A DNA stretch of 64,000 bases from contig CAVVKN010000002.1 in the NCBI GenBank assembly GCA_963748825.1, forward strand, positions 96,001 through 160,000, given 5' to 3'. The position numbers were made by a program, and so were the translations under genes. How positions within the stretch are numbered: the stretch's first letter is position 1; every line of letters starts with the position of its first letter. Under the pieces are notes generated by a model. That model searched no databases. It saw only the letters and a list, made by a program, of their open reading frames with translations, and was not told the DNA's origin. Source of the stretch: Methanotrichaceae archaeon. GTDB taxonomy: Archaea > Halobacteriota > Methanosarcinia > Methanotrichales > Methanotrichaceae. Shown piece after piece: positions 57,808-64,000 of this stretch.

Positions 57808-59070
57808 CTAGTCGCTCCAGTTGCCTGCAGAGTTTTCGCTCTTTGCCTCCAGCAGACTATTGATCAGCTCCTCTAATGTTTTTGCCCCGGTTTCGGACGT
57901 CTCTACCCCAGCTTCGGCGAAGGCATAGCCAGGTCCCTTGCCGATGAGGCTCTCTTTGACAAAAATAACATCCGGCTTATAGCTCAACAGAAACTGGGCA
58001 ACCTTCAGGCCTTTGCCCTTCGCCATATCCTTGTAGGGATTGGCCACGATCTCCTGTTTGTTAAGCTTCATCTCTTGCAGATCTATCTCCACAAGGGCGA
58101 AATAAAGAGACTCGCCGAAGTGCTCTCCCAATGTCCCCCGTGCGTCCTGGAGAGCAACAGCATATCTCAGGCTCGTCCGGGCCTGCGGCTCATAATGAAT
58201 GAGCACCCGATCCACATGAGGAAGCTCTCTACGAATCTTTGTCTCAATGCGTTGGCTGGCCAGATGCGCTCTTTTAAGATCGGTTATCCTGAAGATCACG
58301 TTGGCCTGCACAAAGAGGTATCGACCGGAGTTCCTGGCCACCAGTTCTTTGAGAGAAGCAACCTCAGGAGCTTCCATTATCAGGGCACGGATCTTTTCCA
58401 GGGTTTTCGCGTCTACAGAGGCATCCAGGAGCACGCGCATGCCATCGACCAGAATTTCCCACCCCTCTTTAACGATTACGAGGGCGATGATCGCTGCAGC
58501 GATTCTGTCCAGAGGGAAAGCAACGCTCTGAGCAATGAGAGCCAGAAAGACCAGAGCAGAGGTGAGCACATCGGCCTTGTGCTGCACGCCGTCGGCGATG
58601 AGACTGGGCGAGCCGGTCTGATTTCCTACCCTGATCTGAAAGCTGCCGAATAGAAATGGCAGAGGGATGATGGCAGCCACGGCATAGAGAACAAATCCCG
58701 GGTAATGGGTGGGCTCTGCTTCACCCAAAACTGCCTCCAGCACGATCTCATAGGCAGTTGCAAAGAGCAGAAAAGAGATGGCAATGGATGCCAGGTTCTC
58801 CACTTTGTACAGCCCCAGTGGGAAACTCTGGCTCTTTTTCTCTGAAATCTTGAGCCCCAGGATGAGGGCCAGGGAGGCCAGGACGTCCACCATGGTGTGA
58901 ACGGCATCAGCTCGCAGGGCCAGGCTTCCCGAGAGTGTAAAGAGGAAGAACTTAGCCACTACCAAGCCCAGGTTAAATACAAGTGAATAGAGGGCAACTC
59001 TCATCACGGTGGGCGTTTTGGCTGAAAAATTATCAGGTGAATCAGCAGATTGCTGATTATTGTCTCTCAT
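57808..59070 (-). CDS. Cation diffusion facilitator fused to C-terminal NifB/NifX domain
   Basis: SLAL.ADAVHT..D, FPLGLYKVEN, SLIADG.QH..D and IHYEP, then HFGES.YF..NPY..GKGLKVA. Confidence 0.92.
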   Translation of the reverse strand: MRDNNQQSADSPDNFSAKTPTVMRVALYSLVFNLGLVVAKFFLFTLSGSLALRADAVHTMVDVLASLALILGLKISEKKSQSFPLGLYKVENLASIAISFLLFATAYEIVLEAVLGEAEPTHYPGFVLYAVAAIIPLPFLFGSFQIRVGNQTGSPSLIADGVQHKADVLTSALVFLALIAQSVAFPLDRIAAAIIALVIVKEGWEILVDGMRVLLDASVDAKTLEKIRALIMEAPEVASLKELVARNSGRYLFVQANVIFRITDLKRAHLASQRIETKIRRELPHVDRVLIHYEPQARTSLRYAVALQDARGTLGEHFGESLYFALVEIDLQEMKLNKQEIVANPYKDMAKGKGLKVAQFLLSYKPDVIFVKESLIGKGPGYAFAEAGVETSETGAKTLEELINSLLEAKSENSAGNWSD

Positions 59071-59137
59071 GGTGCTTGTCTTACGCCGTATGCGCTAAAA
59101 CTCTGGCCCTTCTCCTGCACACACCCAAATAATATTA

Positions 59138-59791
59138 TTAGCCATGGATTATGCCATCGTACTCTTTTAAAGAGAGGTACTCGGGGCGGTATTCAAATCC
59201 TTGCCTTTGCAGGTTATTGACAAAGGCCTGCAGATGATTTTCCGAGCCCTTTTCTAAATTGGCATAAACCATCAATATATCCTGCCGGTCGGTTTGGGCC
59301 ATACGCTCCTTCAGGTCGAGAATGTCTATCTCCTCGACGGCTGCCCCCACCTGAAGTGCATCCCTGGCGGAAGCACTCCCCCGGCTCACCAGATCATCAT
59401 AGAGCACCTGCAAAGTCTCATTGGAGAATACACCTGCCCCTTTTGTGGGATCGGGCAGAGAGTATCTGGTGAGAAGCGTCTTGACGGCAGCTTCATGAGT
59501 CCTTTCCGCTTTGCCGATGTTATTGAAGACACGCAGGTTCCACTTCTCGTTGAGGGCCTGATAGACATCTCCAGCCAGCTTCTCCTCCTCAGCCATAAAG
59601 AGCAGGCCATCTTTCTCGGAGGCGGTCAATTCTCCGGAAGGCTGGCCAGCCAGGGCCAGGCCCAGAGCGCTATCGTTCAGCTCACTGGTATAGTTATCCG
59701 ATACTTTAAGCAGATTCTGATCTGTTGCATAGGCTGTGCCCAGGAATGCTGCCAGCAGCAGAAAGAGGCTGAATGTCATAATTTTCTTCAT
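59138..59791 (-). CDS. Secreted DUF2202 ferritin-like protein
   Basis: Signal peptide; EEEKLAGDVY, AERTHE, EEIDILDL and GSENHLQAF. Confidence 0.88.
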   Translation of the reverse strand: MKKIMTFSLFLLLAAFLGTAYATDQNLLKVSDNYTSELNDSALGLALAGQPSGELTASEKDGLLFMAEEEKLAGDVYQALNEKWNLRVFNNIGKAERTHEAAVKTLLTRYSLPDPTKGAGVFSNETLQVLYDDLVSRGSASARDALQVGAAVEEIDILDLKERMAQTDRQDILMVYANLEKGSENHLQAFVNNLQRQGFEYRPEYLSLKEYDGIIHG

Positions 59792-59921
59792 CACCGATCA
59801 CCAGATTAAAAGCTCAAATCTAGATAGCAATATTGCAGGAAGTTATTTAAACCTTGACACAGGGGGCGGGCAGTACTTGCACCAGACCATAGCGGCTATG
59901 CCAGCCCCAATTCTTAATGCC

Positions 59922-60680
59922 TCAGAAAGTGCCCATCAAGATAAGTCCTACCATCATTACTAAAAATCCAGCTATGATTCCCAGGTTGGTGAGATGCTCG
60001 CTCCCATATCTATTGGCGATAGGTATGAGTTCATCAAGGCTGATGAAGACCATGATTCCTGCCACCAGGGCAGAGGATGCCGCCAGCAGCCAGTCATTGA
60101 GGAAGGGATAGAGCAGAACCACTGCCAGGATCGCACCCAGGGGCTCGGTCATGCCGGCGGCAAATGAGAGCAAGCAGGATTTCTTGCGGTCGGATGTGGC
60201 ACAGTAAAGGGGAATGCTGCAGGCCAGCCCCTCGGGGATGTTATGGATGGCAATGGCTATGGCCACGGGCACTCCCAGCCGAAGGTCGGCCAGGGAGACC
60301 AGGGCCACCGTCATCCCCTCCGGCAGATTGTGAATAGCGATACCGATTGTGGTCATTATTCCACTCCTGTAAAGACGGTCGCAGTGAGAGTCCACCTGCC
60401 CATCCATGTGGATATGCGGAATTGCCTGGTCAAGCAAATAGATAAGGAGAAGTCCAAGCAGGAAGAAGATATTGGCGTAGCCGAATCCGAGGACGAGCTT
60501 GGAGCTGCAAAAGAGGTCCACAAAGCCCACGTAGATCATCACTCCTGCTGCAAATCCCAGGCTCAACGAGAGGGCACGCATGTCGGGCTTGGGGATGAAG
60601 TAGGCGACCAGGCTGCCTATGCCGGTAGCCAGGCCTGCAAAAAGAGTTAAAGCCAAGGCTATGAGGATATTGCCTTCCAC
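59922..60680 (-). CDS. zupT: ZIP family metal transporter
   Basis: AGLATGIG, FAAGVMIY, IAIHNLPEG, IAIHNIPEG, EPLGA and DELIP. Confidence 0.9.
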   Translation of the reverse strand: MEGNILIALALTLFAGLATGIGSLVAYFIPKPDMRALSLSLGFAAGVMIYVGFVDLFCSSKLVLGFGYANIFFLLGLLLIYLLDQAIPHIHMDGQVDSHCDRLYRSGIMTTIGIAIHNLPEGMTVALVSLADLRLGVPVAIAIAIHNIPEGLACSIPLYCATSDRKKSCLLSFAAGMTEPLGAILAVVLLYPFLNDWLLAASSALVAGIMVFISLDELIPIANRYGSEHLTNLGIIAGFLVMMVGLILMGTF

Positions 60681-61008
60681 AAACAGTCATATGTCGGTCG
60701 AATATATTTTAAATTGATGCTCGAATAAGATTCATTCATCTTCATATCCTTGAGAGCGATATGATAGAAGCCACCTAGTTGCTCTTGCAACATTTACCTC
60801 TTGCCTCCTTTTCCTTTGCCCATGGCTTTTCTGTGCCCATAACCTCAGGGAAAGGCCGGTTATCCTGGGATGCTCTGGCCTTTCGAATGGTCGAAGAGAT
60901 GGGATTTGATAGGTGCTACCAATGACGATGAGACGGACCCATGTGGACCGCACCTTGGAATCCTGAGGGGACCCTTTCCCATACCGGAACTTATAAGAGC
61001 CATTCTCC

Positions 61009-61518
61009 TCATCTCCGTCTTCTCGATCGTACAGATGCAGTCCGACTTGCAGGCTGGTTGGACTCATGACGAGCGCAGAGATTGCATTCCACCAGCTCCC
61101 CCGTCTCGCAATACCTCCTGAAGTTCTCAATCCAGAGAGGTTCTGAGGGAGATATACTTGCGAACTGCACGAACCTCTCCAGCCTTTCCATGGTCTCCCG
61201 GCCTACATGGTGCTCCATCTGGCAGGCATCACGCTCCGCCACACTCCTGTCCACACCGATGATCTCCAGAAAATCGGCTATAGCCTTATGTTTGCACTTC
61301 AGCTCCAGGGCCAGCCTCCGGCCGGAATCGGTCAAAGTGGCTCCCGCATAGGTCTCATACTGCAAGAGCCCCTCATGTTGCAGCTTCCTCAGCATCTCCG
61401 TGGCCGAGGAGGGTTTCACCTTCATCTCCGTGGCGATCCTTCCCGTTGCAGCGCGCCCTTCTTGAATCTCCAGGGCATGGATGATCTCGATGTATTCCTC
61501 CATCGTCTTCTGTCTCAT
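61009..61518 (-). CDS. DtxR/MntR family metal-dependent repressor
   Basis: EEYIEII, VKPSSATEMLRKL, ATLTDSG, H..IADFL and ACQMEHH; Cys-containing tail. Last gene of feoAB-dtxR. Confidence 0.93.
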   Translation of the reverse strand: MRQKTMEEYIEIIHALEIQEGRAATGRIATEMKVKPSSATEMLRKLQHEGLLQYETYAGATLTDSGRRLALELKCKHKAIADFLEIIGVDRSVAERDACQMEHHVGRETMERLERFVQFASISPSEPLWIENFRRYCETGELVECNLCARHESNQPASRTASVRSRRRR

Positions 61519-61519
61519 A

Positions 61520-63238
61520 TTATCCCCCTCCTATCAAAGCCCATCGCATGGCACCTCCCACCAGCAGAGCCGTTGCCACCATCAACGTTGTGGATTTTAT
61601 CGTATCTTTGATCCCCAGCTCCTTTAGCAACACCGCAAAGGTGGCAACGCATGGGAAGTAAAGAGAGAGCACGGTAGTTGCCACCACCATCTGCTCTGCA
61701 TTCAGCCCTAATGGCAGGAGCATGCCCACTGCCAGATCCTTTCGGAAAAAACCCACCAGAAGAGCGGCCACAGCCTCTTTCGGGATGGCAAGCCAACCTT
61801 CCATAAGCGGAGCGAAGAGGTGGCCTATCCATTCGATGAAGCCTATAGTGTAGAGAACATTGACCATCAGCACCCCCAGGAACAGGAATGGTATGGCCTC
61901 TCTGAGAAACCACCGTATGCGCATCCAGGTCTTATTAAGGATCATGCGCACTGTCGGCATTCTGTAGGGTGGTATTTCCAGGAAAATCTCAGGGCTCTCT
62001 CCCTGCACCACTTTATTTAAAATCAGCCCCGCTGCCACATAGACCAGGGCCAGGGTTGCAAAGACCAGGAGCACATAGCTCTGGCCATAGGAGCCCAGCA
62101 CGCCGAAGATCATGGCCGATTTGGCTGTGCAGGGCACAGCCAGGCCCAGGAGAGTGGCGGAGATGAAGCGCTGCTTCCTGGTCTCCAGAGTTCTGGTGGC
62201 CAGGGCACCCGGGACATTACAGCCCAGGCCCAAAAAAAGAGGCACGATGGCGTGGCCGTGCATGCCCAGACGATGGAATACGTTATCCGATAAAGTGGCC
62301 AATCGTGGCAGATATCCGGAATCTTCCAGGAGAGAGAGAACCAGGTAGAAGCCAACTATGTAAGGAAGGACCATGCCCAGGGGAACGTAGATGCCCGTGG
62401 TCAAGACCCCCATGGACTGGACATAGTCGATCTCTCCATTTATGAGCCTCCCGATGAGGAGGTCATGCAGCATGCCGGACCCAAGCAAGGCGCTGATCTG
62501 CATGGCCAGGGGACGGTACAGCTCAAAGAGGGGTTCGAAGAGATAGGCAATCAGGCCCTCGCCGATAAGCCTCACCATCCAGAAAGTGGCAAGTATGACA
62601 ATCAGGGCGATGGGTGTTCCAGTCAGAGGTTTGATGGTGGCCTCGGAAAACCTGTTCCAGACCCCTGGATGCTTGTGGGTCACCTTCTGGACGTCTCTGG
62701 TTATTCGTCCTATTTCTATCCATTTTTCTTCATCTGTTAGCATCTTGCTTTCACGAGGGGAACGTGCCTCATTCAGCCTGCTTACTAAATCCTTTATTCC
62801 TTCTCCAGTCAGGGCAATGGTGGCGACCACCGGCAGCAACAGGTGCGTCTCCAGTTCCTTTACATCTATCTCTATTCCAGAACGCTCTGCTTCATCCCAC
62901 ATGTTGAGCACGAGGATCATGGGCTTTTTGCGTTCTAAAAGCTCTAAGGTCAGGAATAGATTTCTCTCCAGGTTGGTGGCGTCGACCACATTAATGATCA
63001 GGTCTGCCCATCGCAGCACCTCGACAGCCACCTCTTCTGCCCGATTTGTCGGCTGCAAGGAGTAGGTTCCCGGTGCATCAATCACCTCCACCTGGCTTCC
63101 CTGCAGCCGTGCCTTGCCTCTTGAGAAGTCCACTGTGGTTCCCGGATAGTTGGAGGTGATCACCTCGGCCCCTGTCAGCCGAGAAAAGACCACGCTCTTT
63201 CCTATGTTCGGGTTGCCCATCAGGACAATTCGCTTCAA
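61520..63238 (-). CDS. feoB: Ferrous iron transporter FeoB
   Basis: GNPNIGKS, NYPGTTVD, DAPGTYSL, LEDSGYLPR, GCNVP, VPC, EIPPYR and YFPC. The true start is TTG 63238, overlapping the feoA stop. Confidence 0.95.
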   Translation of the reverse strand: MKRIVLMGNPNIGKSVVFSRLTGAEVITSNYPGTTVDFSRGKARLQGSQVEVIDAPGTYSLQPTNRAEEVAVEVLRWADLIINVVDATNLERNLFLTLELLERKKPMILVLNMWDEAERSGIEIDVKELETHLLLPVVATIALTGEGIKDLVSRLNEARSPRESKMLTDEEKWIEIGRITRDVQKVTHKHPGVWNRFSEATIKPLTGTPIALIVILATFWMVRLIGEGLIAYLFEPLFELYRPLAMQISALLGSGMLHDLLIGRLINGEIDYVQSMGVLTTGIYVPLGMVLPYIVGFYLVLSLLEDSGYLPRLATLSDNVFHRLGMHGHAIVPLFLGLGCNVPGALATRTLETRKQRFISATLLGLAVPCTAKSAMIFGVLGSYGQSYVLLVFATLALVYVAAGLILNKVVQGESPEIFLEIPPYRMPTVRMILNKTWMRIRWFLREAIPFLFLGVLMVNVLYTIGFIEWIGHLFAPLMEGWLAIPKEAVAALLVGFFRKDLAVGMLLPLGLNAEQMVVATTVLSLYFPCVATFAVLLKELGIKDTIKSTTLMVATALLVGGAMRWALIGGG

Positions 63239-63471
63239 TCCTCCACCCTCACCATGATTCTCTGGGCAATGCTCCGGCCCAGTGTGATCTCCCTGCCTTC
63301 TATTTCCAGCACCAGCGGGCCGGCGAAGGGATGGACAGCCACTACCTTCAGCCTTTTTCCCTCTCTTATCCCCATGGTCCGCAGCTTTCTTTGAAATGAG
63401 CAACCTTGGCCCAGCAATGCTGTGATCTGGGCCACAGCCCCCGCCCGCAAGCTCGTGATAGGTGTTTCCAT
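63235..63471 (-). CDS. feoA: FeoA
   Basis: RKLRTMGIREG..V....PFAGPLV...EITLGRSIAQRI.V. Confidence 0.93.
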   Translation of the reverse strand: METPITSLRAGAVAQITALLGQGCSFQRKLRTMGIREGKRLKVVAVHPFAGPLVLEIEGREITLGRSIAQRIMVRVED

Positions 63472-63498
63472 TCTATATCCCTGTAGTCTATGATTAAT

Positions 63499-63553
63499 TT
63501 TTAGGTAAACCTAAAACAGGGTTTAATAAATAAACGTTTCGGATTACCTAAAA
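63499..63553. promoter_or_regulatory. Two DtxR-type operators flanking the feoA TATA box
   Basis: TTTTAGGT-AA-ACCTAAAA perfect inverted repeat (63499-63516) and a 13/18 copy GTTTCGGATTACCTAAAA (63536-63553), with minus-strand TTTATTTA between them. Confidence 0.75.
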
Positions 63554-63658
63554 CGGGATCATAAAGCTTTATTTCCAGATATTTGTCTTTGTGAAAAATA
63601 TTTGTAAAAAAAATAAGCTAAGCGCTTCGTGATCGACAAGGCAAATTAGGTCCGCAGA

Positions 63659-63919
63659 TCATACCCCGGATTGAAGCTTTTCAATTCTCTCTTTAACCGA
63701 GAAAAGCTCTTCCTCCAATCTCCTGGCTACGTCCTCCAGGTAGCTCTTTTCCTCGGAAGGCGTGGGCTGGTGAGGCACTGCATAACCGGCCGGCATAAAA
63801 GCCCGCCTGGCGGCATTGCCCCGTACCATTCGCATTCCTCTGCCACAGCACCAATACCCTGATGCTCTATTCGCCCCAGCATTCATCCACCAGGGCCCAG
63901 TGCAATCTCCCCAAGGCAT
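63659..63919 (-). CDS. DUF5320-family small protein
   Basis: MPWGDCTGP start, G/R-rich middle and C-terminal coiled coil (EKSYLE...LEEEL..VKERIEKL). Confidence 0.8.
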   Translation of the reverse strand: MPWGDCTGPWWMNAGANRASGYWCCGRGMRMVRGNAARRAFMPAGYAVPHQPTPSEEKSYLEDVARRLEEELFSVKERIEKLQSGV

Positions 63920-64000
63920 TATTTCACCTAATTAGTAACTTATGAGATGATATACTTAAATATTTTCATAGGGCAACTTAGAAATACGACCTTGCGCAAT

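Noticed and set aside
35011-59070. nifB plus NifB/NifX domains as a nitrogen-fixation cluster
   Set aside because: No nifH/D/K/E/N is present; NifX-like domains with MinD-ferredoxin ATPases are common outside nif loci.
54911-60697. Recurrent CATATG-centred palindromes upstream of several genes
   Set aside because: The flanks are not consistently symmetric; matches are too short to distinguish from chance.
63239-63403. N-terminal extension of FeoB in the ORF track
   Set aside because: It overlaps feoA in another frame; the G1 motif begins right after TTG 63238.
1-64000. CRISPR arrays, rRNA, transposases, integrases, att site at tRNA-Ala
   Set aside because: No regularly spaced repeats, rRNA signatures, recombinase ORFs or duplicated tRNA 3' end were found by eye.

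Overview
Archaeal methanogen chromosome, most consistent with Methanothrix (Methanosaeta, Methanosarcinales-type). The evidence is MC1, an Mmp10 homologue, DHQ synthase II, archaeal ThrRS/ProRS, SRP19 and GGTGA/GGAGG RBSs; the genus is an inference. The first 40 kb is mostly housekeeping (tex, thrS, mgtA, aroD/aroB-II, proS, tRNA-Ala(GGC), MC1, alanine dehydrogenase, nifB, srp19, hflX). It also holds an AT-richer ion/osmotic cluster (trkH, mscS, long KamA-family enzyme, aminotransferase, NhaP), an Mmp10 copy not linked to mcr, several gene remnants and a candidate anti-Shine-Dalgarno sRNA. 40.7-63.9 kb is a contiguous metal-handling region. Its core is a secreted, C-terminally anchored 1848-aa PQQ-propeller + DUF4430 + CobN-like fusion, co-oriented with a BtuF-like binding protein and divergent from DUF2162-MotA/TolQ/ExbB-DUF2149. 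This resembles the Bacteroidetes hmuSTUV/btuS heme-dechelation module, but in a cell with no outer membrane, and is the best candidate for an undescribed system: surface stripping of metal from tetrapyrroles. It is followed by a DOMON-DUF2202 lipoprotein, an IssA/NifX + Fe-S ATPase module, CDF, ZIP and feoAB-dtxR with palindromic operators. No CRISPR array, rRNA or intact transposase was seen. Family assignments come from motif recognition by eye, not database searches.
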